A stretch of DNA of 64,000 nt from the NCBI GenBank assembly GCA_049852185.1, contig CP187540.1; one strand, 5' to 3'. The position numbers and the translations under genes were made by a program. The notes under the pieces were generated by a model. It did no database searches and was not told where the DNA came from. It worked only from the letters and a program-made list of their open reading frames with translations. This DNA is from Methanocaldococcus sp. 28A (GTDB lineage Archaea > AGJL01 > Methanococci > Methanococcales > Methanocaldococcaceae). Positions 23,965-34,208 of the stretch are shown piece after piece. Within the stretch, counting starts at the first letter, position 1, and every line of letters starts with the position of its first letter.

Positions 23965-25689
23965 GTGGTAATTATGGAAGGATTTAAAATTGCAATGAAA
24001 GTTATCGATGAGATTGATAAAAAGATAAAACCTTTGATTGGCTGGGAAAAGGCTGATGAAGTGGTTAAAATAGGCGCTGATGGAACACCAACAAAAAGAA
24101 TAGATGTGATAGCTGAAAATATAGCCCTAAATATATTAGAAAAATTTAGTGGGGGAATTTTAATAAGTGAAGAGATTGGATTAAAAGTTGTAGGTAAAGA
24201 TTTAGAGTATATATTTATTTTAGACCCAATAGATGGAACATACAATGCTTTGAAATCTATTCCAATATATTCTACTTCAATAGCAATAGCAAAAATTAAA
24301 AGTGAAGATAAAAAGCTAATTAGAGAAAATATTAACAACTTAGAGTGGATTAAAGATTTTATAGCTAATAAATATACAATAAATGATTTATATGTTGGAA
24401 TTGTGAAGAATTTAGCTACTGGGGATTTATATTATGCCATTAAAGGAGAGGGAAGTTTCTTAGAAAAAGATGGAGAAAAAATTAGGATAGAGGCAAAAGA
24501 TACAAAAAATTTAAAAGAAGCTTCTGTAGGATTGTTTGTTTATGGATTATCCAATGATTTATTGGAATTTTTAAAAGAAAGAAAGGTTAGAAGAGTTAGA
24601 TTATTTGGTTCTATGGCTTTAGAAATGTGTTATGTTGTCAGTGGGGCTTTAGATGCTTATATAAATGTAAATGAAAATTCTCGGCTGTGTGATATAGCTG
24701 GGGCTTATGTTATTTGTAAAGAAGGAAATGCAATAATTACAAACAAAAATGGAAAAGAATTGAAGATGAAATTACATTTAATGGAAAAAACATCTTTAAT
24801 TATTAGTAATAAATACTTACATAAAAAACTCATAGCTTTATTTGGAAATAAATGGGCAATAAAGCCTGCAAAATTTGGGATAGTTGTTAGAGAGGATAAT
24901 GAAGAAGCAATTAACTTAGCTATAGAGATTTGTAAATATTTAAGAGATAAAAATATTCCTTACTGTGTTGAAAACTTTTTAAAAGATAAAGTTAAAGGAG
25001 AAGAGTTTGATATTTCGACGATTTCTCATATTATTGCTATAGGAGGAGATGGAACAATACTTAGAGCTTCGAGATTAGTTAATGGGGAGACAATACCAAT
25101 AATAGCAGTAAATATGGGAAAATTGGGATTTTTAGCTGAATTTTATAAAGATGAAGTTTTTAGAATAATAGATAAGGTAATATATGGAGAGTATGAGATA
25201 GAAAAAAGGAGTAAATTATCTTGCAAAATAATAAAAAATAATAAATTAATAAAAACTCCTTCAGCATTAAATGAAATGGTAGTTATTACAAAAAACCCTG
25301 CAAAGATTTTAGAATTTGATGTGTATGTTAATGATACGCTCGTTGAAAATGTTAGGGCTGATGGAATAATTATTTCAACACCTACTGGTTCTACAGCATA
25401 TTCTTTAAGTGCTGGAGGTCCTATAGTAGAACCAAATGTTGACTGCTTTATAATATCTCCAATATGCCCGTTTAAATTATCTTCAAGACCTTTAGTAGTT
25501 TCTGGTTCAAATAAAATTAAGTTAAAGCTTAAATTGGAAAAACCAGCTTTATTAGTAATTGATGGAAGTGTTGAATATGAAATTAATAAAGATGATGAGC
25601 TAATTTTTGAAAAATCTGACAGTTATGCTTATTTTGTAAAAGGACAAAGTTTTTATAATAAGTTGAATAGATGCTTTGGAGTGAAATAA
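23965..25689 (+). CDS. Bifunctional NADP phosphatase / NAD kinase
   Basis: IMPase motifs SEE, LDPIDGT; NAD kinase GGDGT, NE, STPTGSTAYSLSAGG. Confidence 0.93.
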   Translation: MVIMEGFKIAMKVIDEIDKKIKPLIGWEKADEVVKIGADGTPTKRIDVIAENIALNILEKFSGGILISEEIGLKVVGKDLEYIFILDPIDGTYNALKSIPIYSTSIAIAKIKSEDKKLIRENINNLEWIKDFIANKYTINDLYVGIVKNLATGDLYYAIKGEGSFLEKDGEKIRIEAKDTKNLKEASVGLFVYGLSNDLLEFLKERKVRRVRLFGSMALEMCYVVSGALDAYINVNENSRLCDIAGAYVICKEGNAIITNKNGKELKMKLHLMEKTSLIISNKYLHKKLIALFGNKWAIKPAKFGIVVREDNEEAINLAIEICKYLRDKNIPYCVENFLKDKVKGEEFDISTISHIIAIGGDGTILRASRLVNGETIPIIAVNMGKLGFLAEFYKDEVFRIIDKVIYGEYEIEKRSKLSCKIIKNNKLIKTPSALNEMVVITKNPAKILEFDVYVNDTLVENVRADGIIISTPTGSTAYSLSAGGPIVEPNVDCFIISPICPFKLSSRPLVVSGSNKIKLKLKLEKPALLVIDGSVEYEINKDDELIFEKSDSYAYFVKGQSFYNKLNRCFGVK

Positions 25690-25717
25690 AATAATATTAT
25701 AATTATTATTTTTTAAG

Positions 25718-26332
25718 TTATTCTTTATTTTCCAATGCTTTTAAAACTTCCAAACCAAACAGTCTTGCGTAGTCAGGAGATTTTGCAGTAATTACATTAC
25801 CATCAACCACTACCCCTTTATCTACGTAAATAGCTCCAGCTTTTTTTAGCTCTTCTATTGCCTCTGGAGCTGGGAATACAGTAGCTTTTTTACCTTTTAA
25901 GATTCCCGCCCTTGCTAAAACTACTGGAGACAAACAAATTGCTGCAACAACCTTATTCTTATTATAAAACTCTCTAACCAACTCTATTAATTTTGTATTA
26001 TTCCATAAATACTCTTTTGACCCAATTCCTCCAACTATAACTATTGCATCGTATTCATCAGGATTTACATCATAAATAGTTTTATTAACAGTTATTTTAT
26101 GACCCAACATCCCCACACATTCTCCTTTTTTTGTTGAGACAACATCAACCTTTAACCCATTAGATTCAAATACCGCCATAGGTTCAAAAAGTTCTTCATC
26201 TCTAAAATCTTTTGGAGCAATAACCATTAAAACCTTTTTATTTTCCATATTTACCACTTTCTCTTTGTTTATACACATTGAAGATATTGAGATTAATATT
26301 ATGGATATTAAAATTATTATTCTTTTCTTCAT
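25718..26332 (-). CDS. DJ-1/PfpI family protein with signal peptide / lipobox-like N terminus
   Basis: FRDEE, VGGIG, AAICLSP; MKKR plus hydrophobic stretch plus SSMC. Confidence 0.88.
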   Translation of the reverse strand: MKKRIIILISIILISISSMCINKEKVVNMENKKVLMVIAPKDFRDEELFEPMAVFESNGLKVDVVSTKKGECVGMLGHKITVNKTIYDVNPDEYDAIVIVGGIGSKEYLWNNTKLIELVREFYNKNKVVAAICLSPVVLARAGILKGKKATVFPAPEAIEELKKAGAIYVDKGVVVDGNVITAKSPDYARLFGLEVLKALENKE

Positions 26333-26374
26333 ACTATCACAAGGTATATATCCTAATTATTTAGTGATGTTAAA

Positions 26375-26488
26375 TATAGTTTTGTGCAAAACTATCTTAA
26401 ATAAAATAAGGTATTAATGAATATCTTCCTTATGGAAGGTATTCAAATTGTCCTTATAAAAGTTTATTTTATTTTGCACACAACTATA
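26375..26488. repeat. Complete palindromic MITE-like element, family B
   Basis: TIRs TATAGTTTTGTGCAAAA / TTTTGCACACAACTATA; central hairpin TGAATATCTTCC-TTAT-GGAAGGTATTCA. Confidence 0.85.
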
Positions 26489-26514
26489 ATATATAACTTT
26501 TTGTTAATAAAATT

Positions 26515-27435
26515 TTATTCTTTCCATTTATTGTAGTAATATAAGAACCTTTTATCTTTTGTTAAATTATATAACCATAACATTTGTAATCTTTGAAGAT
26601 GTTCATAATGTTTATTACACCTATGTCCTAAAGCATCGTAATAACTCCAATCTCCTGCATCATAATATGGAAGGAATGCTTTTATTGATTTTATTCCCTC
26701 ATTATATAAAATATATGCATCCCTATTTTTTGTTTTATTTGCAAATTCTCCAATCCATATAACAGAAGTTATAAACCCATTTAAAACATAAGGAGGGTTA
26801 TTTGATGCATATTCTGGATACCAATAGTAAGATTTATTATTTAGTTTTCTTATTTTTAGTAATCCTCCATCCCTAATTGGGACTTTAAAAGCATTTAATG
26901 CCTTATCTGCTAATATTAAATATCTCTTATTTCCTGTAGCCCTATACGCAAGATATAAAGTTTTTAAGCATCCTGCTTGACATAATGAGCCCGCCCAACC
27001 TTTTGATAAATTATATATTGGAAATTCAAAATTATACCTCCAAATAATAAAAGTAATATTAGTCCCATTTACATTTATAGTATTTTCTTCTGCCTGAGAT
27101 ATTAAATATTCAGTTAAAAATAAACCTCTTTTTAAATAATATTGGGCCTTTTCTGGGTCATTATCTTTTAATTCAAAGTATTTGTAAAAACATTTTCGAG
27201 CTTCTTCATTTACATTGTGAGGTGTTATTTGATAACCAATATATTTCCCTTTTATTGTGCCATAATAGGTTATAGGCATAGCTACATTTTCAACTGTGAA
27301 TGGTTTTGGATTTTTAAAATATTGAATAATTGGATTTTCAGAATATACTGGCTGAGAGATTCCAATAACATAACCAAAAATAAATGATAGAATCATTGTA
27401 ATAAATATTAAAACATATATAATATTTTTTGGCAT
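26515..27435 (-). CDS. Membrane-anchored D-glucuronyl C5-epimerase-like protein
   Basis: N-terminal TM; WYPEYASNNPPYVLNGFI, YDAGDWSYYD and GSLCQA resemble GLCE catalytic-domain motifs. Confidence 0.75.
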   Translation of the reverse strand: MPKNIIYVLIFITMILSFIFGYVIGISQPVYSENPIIQYFKNPKPFTVENVAMPITYYGTIKGKYIGYQITPHNVNEEARKCFYKYFELKDNDPEKAQYYLKRGLFLTEYLISQAEENTINVNGTNITFIIWRYNFEFPIYNLSKGWAGSLCQAGCLKTLYLAYRATGNKRYLILADKALNAFKVPIRDGGLLKIRKLNNKSYYWYPEYASNNPPYVLNGFITSVIWIGEFANKTKNRDAYILYNEGIKSIKAFLPYYDAGDWSYYDALGHRCNKHYEHLQRLQMLWLYNLTKDKRFLYYYNKWKE

Positions 27436-27507
27436 ATTCTCCCTATATATTCATTCATATGTTAAGTTCTTTATATCTGAACATATATATTAAAGTTATG
27501 TGAGATT

Positions 27508-28311
27508 ATGAAAGTTGCAGTTGTTTTTGACAGTGCTGGAACACTTGTGAAGATAATGAGAGTTATTAAAGATTTAAAGAAAAATAAGTTTATCTGTAAT
27601 AGGCAGACAGTTGATATTGTAGATGAAAAAAAAGGTAGAGCATTAGTCATAATTAAAGAAGACCCATTAAAAGTTGTTGATAAGGAAAATCCAGAAAAAT
27701 TAATATCTGATTTATTAAAAGAAGTTGAAATTGGTATCTCTTATTGTAACCCACCAATAAATAAGGATGGAATTTTTAAAGACAAAAAAGCTAAAGTTAA
27801 AGAACTACAAGAGCCACTAAATATTTTAAAGAAATACGATGTAGAAACAGGATATGGTAGTGCTTTAATAATAGATACCTACTCTGGAGAAGTTGAATAC
27901 ACAATCGCTACTGCTGGCTGTTTATTTAAAGAAGTTAAAGAAACAATTAAACAATTAAAAGGTTTGGGGATTAAAGTTTTTATTGCATCTGGAGATAGAA
28001 AAGGATTCATAAAAAGGCTGGCTGAACTTACAGGAGTTAGTGAGAAATATATAATGGCAGAAGCTCATCAGGAGCAAAAGAGAGATTTAATCATCAATCT
28101 AAAAAAAGAGGGGTATTTTACAATAATGGTGGGAGATGGAGCTAATGATGTTCCAGCAATGATTGAAAGTAATTTGGCTGTTGTAACTTTGCAGAATGGA
28201 AGTGTTTCAAAAAAAGCATTAGAAACTGCTGATATAAGAATTTACAACATAAAAGAGATAGTAGATATTTGTAAAAGAGTTATAAGTGGTGAAATTAAGC
28301 ATGATAATTGA
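27508..28311 (+). CDS. Soluble P-type-ATPase-like HAD phosphatase
   Basis: FDSAGTL, ASGD, MVGDGANDVPAM. Confidence 0.88.
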   Translation: MKVAVVFDSAGTLVKIMRVIKDLKKNKFICNRQTVDIVDEKKGRALVIIKEDPLKVVDKENPEKLISDLLKEVEIGISYCNPPINKDGIFKDKKAKVKELQEPLNILKKYDVETGYGSALIIDTYSGEVEYTIATAGCLFKEVKETIKQLKGLGIKVFIASGDRKGFIKRLAELTGVSEKYIMAEAHQEQKRDLIINLKKEGYFTIMVGDGANDVPAMIESNLAVVTLQNGSVSKKALETADIRIYNIKEIVDICKRVISGEIKHDN

Positions 28312-28894
28312 GATTGAAGGCATTAAACTAAAATTACACCCTGAAGTTTATGAGCCTGCTGAAGATTCAATTTTATTATTAAAAAACCTTGTTGATGTTA
28401 AAAATAAAAAGGTTTTGGAAATTGGAGTCGGAACTGGATTAATTTCAATTGTTTGTGCAAAAAAAGGGGCTAAAAAAGTAGTGGGTGTTGATATAAATCC
28501 ATATGCTGTAAAATTAGCAAAAGAAAATGCCAAACTAAATAATGTTGATATTATATGTTTAGAGAGTGATTTATTTGAAAATGTTACTGGAAAGTTTGAT
28601 GTTATTCTCTTTAATCCTCCATATTTACCAACATCTGATGAGGATAAAATAGATAGCTATTTAAATTATGCTTTTGATGGAGGAAAAAATGGTAGAGAAA
28701 TTTTAGATAGATTTATTGACAATTTACCAAATTATTTAAAAAAAAGTGGAGTGGTTCAAATACTACAGAGTTCATTAACTGGAGAAGAAGAAACAATAAA
28801 CAAATTAAAATCCTTAGGTTTTAAAGTTTTTAAAGTAGCATCTTTAAAGGTACCTTTTGAAGAACTTATGGTTATAAATGGATGGAGGTTATAG
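28301..28894 (+). CDS. HemK2/Mtq2-family protein methyltransferase
   Basis: VYEPAEDS, LEIGVGTG, FNPPY. Confidence 0.9.
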   Translation: MIIEIEGIKLKLHPEVYEPAEDSILLLKNLVDVKNKKVLEIGVGTGLISIVCAKKGAKKVVGVDINPYAVKLAKENAKLNNVDIICLESDLFENVTGKFDVILFNPPYLPTSDEDKIDSYLNYAFDGGKNGREILDRFIDNLPNYLKKSGVVQILQSSLTGEEETINKLKSLGFKVFKVASLKVPFEELMVINGWRL

Positions 28895-28895
28895 C

Positions 28896-29630
28896 ATGAA
28901 AGCTAAAGAGGTTATAGAGTTTATTGAAAGCTTTGCCCCTAAGGATTTGGCTATTGAAGGAGATAACGTTGGATTGCAAGTTGGAGATGACCTAAATAAA
29001 GAAGTGAAAAAGTTAGGTATTGCCTTAGACCCATCATTATCTGTTATTAAAAAAGCAAAAGAAGAGGGTGTTGATTTTTTATTTACCCACCACCCATTAT
29101 TAAAAGACCCAATAAGAAACTTCACTGGTGTTATTTATAAAAAACTAAAAATATTAATAGAAAATGAGATTATTTTATACTCTGCCCATACAAACTTAGA
29201 TATCTGTAAAAATGGGTTGAATGATGCTTTAGCTGAAGTTTATAATTTGGAGAATGTTGAGCCTTTATATGATAATGGACTTGGAAGAGTTGGACTATTT
29301 AGAGGAACATTTGAAGAATTTTTAGAAATAACAAAAAAATATATTCACAAAAATCCTATTGTTGTTAAGAGTAAAGACGTTAGGGAGAACTTTAAATTAG
29401 CTGTTTTATCTGGCTATGGTTTATCTCAATCCTCTATAAAATATGTTGCTGAAAGAGCTGAGGTTTATCTTTCTGGAGATTTAACTCACCACTCAAAAAT
29501 TTTAGCTGAAGAGCTTGGCTTAGTTGTTGTTGATGCTACACACTATTCAACTGAGGTCTATGGATTGAAGAAATTTAAAGAATATTTATCTTCAAAATTA
29601 GATTTAGAGATAGTTAGCTTAGATTTTTAA
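28896..29630 (+). CDS. hcgD: Nif3-like dinuclear iron protein HcgD
   Basis: DNVGLQVG, THHP, HTNLD, HYSTE; likely start MKAKEV. Confidence 0.85.
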   Translation: MKAKEVIEFIESFAPKDLAIEGDNVGLQVGDDLNKEVKKLGIALDPSLSVIKKAKEEGVDFLFTHHPLLKDPIRNFTGVIYKKLKILIENEIILYSAHTNLDICKNGLNDALAEVYNLENVEPLYDNGLGRVGLFRGTFEEFLEITKKYIHKNPIVVKSKDVRENFKLAVLSGYGLSQSSIKYVAERAEVYLSGDLTHHSKILAEELGLVVVDATHYSTEVYGLKKFKEYLSSKLDLEIVSLDF

Positions 29631-29683
29631 AATGATTAATACAACCTAAAATTATAAATTGTAAAAGTCCTATAAAAATATAA

Positions 29684-29700
29684 GAAAGTTTTATATAGTA
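29684..29700 (+). promoter_or_regulatory. BRE/TATA promoter for the HxlR-MinD pair
   Basis: GAAAGTTTTATATA upstream of 29783. Confidence 0.55.
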
Positions 29701-29782
29701 TTTAAAAAATTTAATAAATTACTAATTTATGAATTTTAAAAAATTTAATAAATTTTTATTAAAATAAATTTAGCGTGAGAAT

Positions 29783-30103
29783 ATGTCAATCTTCTACGTA
29801 CTTGGAAAGAAAGGGACAATAGAGATACTATACAAAATTAAAGATGGAGTAAATTCTTTTACGAACATAAAAAATGCTTTAGATATAGAAGGTTGTGGAG
29901 TAAGCACGAGAACGTTAGCAGAGAGATTAAATGAATTAGAAGATGAAAACTTAATACAAAAAGATGGAAGTAAATATTATCTAACAAAGAAAGGACAAGA
30001 AGCTATAGAAATTATTGAAAATATTAAGAAATGGGAAGCTAAGTGGAAAGAAGCAAAGATTCCAAAGATTATAATAGGAATGCTTGGTGATAAGGAGAGA
30101 TAA
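29783..30103 (+). CDS. HxlR-type winged-helix regulator
   Basis: STRTLAERLNELE...YYLTKKG. Confidence 0.85.
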   Translation: MSIFYVLGKKGTIEILYKIKDGVNSFTNIKNALDIEGCGVSTRTLAERLNELEDENLIQKDGSKYYLTKKGQEAIEIIENIKKWEAKWKEAKIPKIIIGMLGDKER

Positions 30104-30193
30104 TTATTTATTAGTAGGGCTTTTGTGGAAATATATATAGTATTTAAGATGAAACTTTCTAAAAGTTTCAAGGAGATAGAATGGGTGGATATT

Positions 30194-30964
30194 ATGAAAG
30201 TAATCACATTTTCTATTGCAAAAGGAGGTACTGGAAAAACTATTATTACTGCAAATGTTGCAGCAGCTTTAGCTAAAAGAGGTAAGAAAATTTTATTAAT
30301 TGATGGAGATATTGGTTCAAAATCACTATCTCATCTTTTAAATATAAAATCAAATATATTTTTAGCAGATATTATAGAAGAAGAACGCCCAATAAAAGAT
30401 GCTATTGTTAAAACATCAATTAAAAATTTTGAGCTATTAGCCGTTGGAAAATCAATTGCTGATTATCTAAAATTTGATATAAACACCTTGAAAAAATTCA
30501 AAGAATTAGGTAACTACGATTATGTGCTTATAGATGCCCCATCAACATCAAGTGGTGTTGAAACATACTTAGCTTTAGGTCTTTCCGACTACTTCATCCC
30601 TGTCTTAGATTACACTACCTTTGGTCCAAGTTTGCAGGGAGCTATAAATACAATAGTCATTGGAAAGAACTACTTAGAGAGCATACCTGCAGGATTTATA
30701 ATAAATAAAGCCGAAGATTTGCCAGATAGAGTAATTAATGATGTTAAAAAAATCTTAGGATTGGAATGCATCTCTATAGTACACAAAAATCCAATTATAG
30801 AACAATCCTATGCAAAAAAAGAAATTGTTTATTTAAAATCTTCTGATAAGAAATTTGTTGAAGAAATTGACAAAATTGTTGATGCTTTAGAAAAATTAGA
30901 GGATGTAAAAGAAAGAGATATTCCAAAGGTTATTGAAAAAATAAAAGAAAGTACTTTATTGTAA
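30194..30964 (+). CDS. MinD/ParA family ATPase
   Basis: Deviant Walker A KGGTGKT, IDGD, IDAP; likely start MKVITFS. Confidence 0.88.
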   Translation: MKVITFSIAKGGTGKTIITANVAAALAKRGKKILLIDGDIGSKSLSHLLNIKSNIFLADIIEEERPIKDAIVKTSIKNFELLAVGKSIADYLKFDINTLKKFKELGNYDYVLIDAPSTSSGVETYLALGLSDYFIPVLDYTTFGPSLQGAINTIVIGKNYLESIPAGFIINKAEDLPDRVINDVKKILGLECISIVHKNPIIEQSYAKKEIVYLKSSDKKFVEEIDKIVDALEKLEDVKERDIPKVIEKIKESTLL

Positions 30965-30980
30965 TAAATAAAATCTATCT

Positions 30981-31883
30981 TTATTTCTTTTTCTCTTTGT
31001 CACTATTTAATACCATTACTTCCATAAGTGTTTTTAAAACTTCTTTTTGTTCTTCTTCTGATGGTATTCTAACATTATATTTTTTTAATAACTCTTCATC
31101 TACATTTAATGTGTTTTTACACTTTGTTTTTACTACTTCATCAATATGACTTTTTAATATATTCTCTTTTAATTTTGTAGCATGTTTTAAGAAACATTTA
31201 GTAATTTCCACAGCGAAGATTATGAAAAATGCCCCCACTACAGTCATTATTAACCTCTCTTTAATAAAAATTGGTAGTGCTTTAATATAATCATCAGCAG
31301 TTAAATTTAAATATAATATCCCTAAAATTGAGCCATATAGATGGTCTGTCATTATTGATGTAAATGATAAAATTAACGCCCCTATAATGACTTTTTTACA
31401 ATCTTTGTTAAATAATAATTTACTTATTTTCTCCCTAAAAATTATAACAAAAAATAAAGCAAGAATTGAAAGACATGGATGGTAAAAAACCACTCTACCT
31501 ACATCTGTTAAATAAAATATCAATAAACCTATAGTCAAAATTATAGCCGAATATTTCCATTTTCCTTCAGATAAAGCTCCTGCAGATATAACCGCCAATG
31601 CTGGTGGAATTAAAGAATAGATTCCAAAATAAAATGCTTTTGGATTTAAAAAGAAGTAGATTAACATTACCAACATAACTGCAAAAAATCCGTAAATAGG
31701 ACCTAACAATAGACCACATAATGCTGATAAGCTTGGATCAGCATTTATTGTATGGTTTGACCCTACCATCTTAAATGTAAGAAATCGAATAAATATAAAC
31801 ATAAAAGTAACAGTTCCAATAAACATTAAAAATAAGGCTCTTTTATCTTTTCTAATAAATTTGAAGATATTCATAACAATCAC
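30981..31883 (-). CDS. Integral membrane protein, ECF S-component-like
   Basis: About 7 hydrophobic segments, GLLLGPIYG motif. Confidence 0.55.
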   Translation of the reverse strand: MIVMNIFKFIRKDKRALFLMFIGTVTFMFIFIRFLTFKMVGSNHTINADPSLSALCGLLLGPIYGFFAVMLVMLIYFFLNPKAFYFGIYSLIPPALAVISAGALSEGKWKYSAIILTIGLLIFYLTDVGRVVFYHPCLSILALFFVIIFREKISKLLFNKDCKKVIIGALILSFTSIMTDHLYGSILGILYLNLTADDYIKALPIFIKERLIMTVVGAFFIIFAVEITKCFLKHATKLKENILKSHIDEVVKTKCKNTLNVDEELLKKYNVRIPSEEEQKEVLKTLMEVMVLNSDKEKKK

Positions 31884-32046
31884 TAATATAATATTAATAT
31901 AATTAGTGAAAATATAATAAGTAAAAGGTTCTTATATTATTTTTTACTTTTATAAATATATTTCTATTTTATTTTTAACCATTCTAAATTATATACATTT
32001 TTTATAAAATATTCCCATTACTAAAAATTTTCTTTAGGTGTTATAA

Positions 32047-32472
32047 ATGATTGATATTCTCAAAAATATAAAAGTAAAAGATATAATGACAAAAAATGTT
32101 ATAACTGCAAAAAAGGATGAAGGTGTTGTAGAAGCTTTTGAAAAAATGTTAAAACATAAGATTAGTTCTTTGCCAGTGATTGATGATGAAAATAAAGTTA
32201 TTGGTATTGTAACAACAACCGATATAGGATATAATTTAATAAGGGATAAATACACATTAGAAACAACAATTGGAGATGTAATGACAAAAGATGTAATTAC
32301 AATAGATGAAAATGCAAATATATTGGAAGCTATTAAAAAAATGGATATTAATGGAAAAAAAGAAGAAATTATCAACCAATTACCTGTAGTTGATGCGGAT
32401 AATAAGTTAGTTGGGATAGTTTCTGATGGAGACATAATTAGAGCAATTTCAAAGATTATTAACATCATCTAA
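32047..32472 (+). CDS. CBS domain-pair protein
   Basis: Two CBS repeats (VKDIMTKNV / [12 protein letters not shown]). Confidence 0.92.
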   Translation: MIDILKNIKVKDIMTKNVITAKKDEGVVEAFEKMLKHKISSLPVIDDENKVIGIVTTTDIGYNLIRDKYTLETTIGDVMTKDVITIDENANILEAIKKMDINGKKEEIINQLPVVDADNKLVGIVSDGDIIRAISKIINII

Positions 32473-32476
32473 AAAT

Positions 32477-32520
32477 TATAGTTTTGTTAAAATAAACTTA
32501 ATAAATAATATCACAACTAT
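32477..32520. repeat. Internally deleted family B MITE-like remnant
   Basis: TATAGTTTTGTTAAAATAAA...CACAACTAT. Confidence 0.5.
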
Positions 32521-32563
32521 TTTATCTTATTACCATATTTAATTAAGGGTGATAGGTGATTTT

Positions 32564-33481
32564 ATGTCAGTTAATTATAAGAGAGTTATTGCTATGGTAG
32601 ATGATGCTTTAAACCTCGTTGAGATAGTTGAAGAGCATCCCTGTCCAAATGGTAGTGAGTGGGTTATCTATCAATATCAAAGAACTTCTCCTCTAATTTT
32701 ATCAGCGTGGAGAGAGGGAAATAAACACCACTTTGTAACAAGAATTGGTAAAGAGACATTAAATTTAGTTCCTTCACTATCAGCAGCAGGAATTGAAGAG
32801 GTTTATATTGAAAATAATAGGGTTCATATTGTCTATGCAGGATTAGCTGGAGGAGGAGTAGGAACTGAACTAAGGAAGGGAGCTAAAAATGTCCTTGAAG
32901 TAAATATTTTAGAGAAAGGAGGTGGTTCAAAACTTGGAAGAGCAGAGGTTGTAACTCCAAAAATGGAAAAGGTTATTATTGGTATTGATGATACTGACAC
33001 AAAAGAAGAAGGAGCTACATGGGTTTTAGCACACGAAATTGGTTTAGAAGTTGAAAAAAATAACTTGGGCTATTATTTAGACCACACAATTGTTCAACTC
33101 TACCCTGGTAACCCAAACAAAACTCAGAATTGCGTATCTATCGCTTTAAGTTTTGCTGTTTATCCAAAATATAAGTATGAAATTGACAAATTCGTTAAAA
33201 AATTATTGAAGGAGAAAAGTTTATCAGAGAATACTGCAATGGCTGTATATTACGGTCTCTTTCCTTCTAAGAGTATGAAATTATTTACAATGAAGGCTAA
33301 AAAGAGATTGGTTACATTAGAAGAAGCAAAATCTATTGCATTAAGAAATAATATAAAAATAATTCCTGTTAATGGAGAAGGTGGCGTTATAGGAGCTGTA
33401 GCTGCCTTAGGTTTAGCTGAACATCATAACTTAGCTCCTAAGTTATTTGAAGATGTAGAAACCACTGAAATAAAGAATTAA
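32564..33481 (+). CDS. Methanogenesis marker protein 11-like (TiaS-like C-terminal domain)
   Basis: YAGLAGGGVG, IGIDDTD...GATW, KTQNC, IGAVAALG. Confidence 0.75.
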   Translation: MSVNYKRVIAMVDDALNLVEIVEEHPCPNGSEWVIYQYQRTSPLILSAWREGNKHHFVTRIGKETLNLVPSLSAAGIEEVYIENNRVHIVYAGLAGGGVGTELRKGAKNVLEVNILEKGGGSKLGRAEVVTPKMEKVIIGIDDTDTKEEGATWVLAHEIGLEVEKNNLGYYLDHTIVQLYPGNPNKTQNCVSIALSFAVYPKYKYEIDKFVKKLLKEKSLSENTAMAVYYGLFPSKSMKLFTMKAKKRLVTLEEAKSIALRNNIKIIPVNGEGGVIGAVAALGLAEHHNLAPKLFEDVETTEIKN

Positions 33482-33524
33482 CAATTAAAATATATTTTTC
33501 TTTGAAGGTATTAATTTTTTGACA

Positions 33525-33627
33525 TAGGACTTTCGCACTTTATGTATTAGTTAGGAATTTAGACTCCTTTAATAAATATAATAAATAAAATAAAATAAAT
33601 AAAATATATACTCCTGCAAAAGTCCTA
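33525..33627. repeat. Complete MITE-like element, family A
   Basis: TIRs TAGGACTTTCGCA / TGCAAAAGTCCTA. Confidence 0.85.
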
Positions 33628-33646
33628 AAATAAATATTGTGATAAT

Positions 33647-34204
33647 ATGGAAAATAGAGAGTTTAAAATAGTCATTATTGGCCCTGAAAATGCTGGAAAA
33701 TCATCAATAATGAACGCGTTATTTGGAAAATATGTTTCATTGGTTTCTGAAGTTGGTGGAACTACAAAAATGCCAATAAAAAGATATTGGGGAAAATTAA
33801 AAATTGGAAGGATTAAAGAAGAACCAGAGTTTGTGAATTTAGTTTTTGTTGATTTAGGTGGTTTATATACAACAACTGACAAACAATCTCCAATTATGAC
33901 CCCCAAAGTTTTAGAAAAGACATTTGAAGAGATTAACGATTCTGACATGATTATACATGTAATTGATGGTAGTGTTGGATTATTGAGAAGTTTTGAGAAA
34001 TTCCACCACTTATTAAAGTTTAGGTACCAAAAACCTATTATAGTAGTAATTAACAAATGTGATTTATTAAATGATACGGATAAGGAAAATTTAAAGAACT
34101 ATGTTGAAAGTAGAATAAAAAATACACCGATATTTGTATCTGCAAAAACTTTTGAAGGAATTCCTGAATTGTTAGAGATAATTATTAGATACCTAAAAAG
34201 GTGA
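33647..34204 (+). CDS. Era-like small GTPase
   Basis: GPENAGKSS, GTT, DLGG, NKCD, SAK. Confidence 0.88.
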   Translation: MENREFKIVIIGPENAGKSSIMNALFGKYVSLVSEVGGTTKMPIKRYWGKLKIGRIKEEPEFVNLVFVDLGGLYTTTDKQSPIMTPKVLEKTFEEINDSDMIIHVIDGSVGLLRSFEKFHHLLKFRYQKPIIVVINKCDLLNDTDKENLKNYVESRIKNTPIFVSAKTFEGIPELLEIIIRYLKR

Positions 34205-34208
34205 TTTA

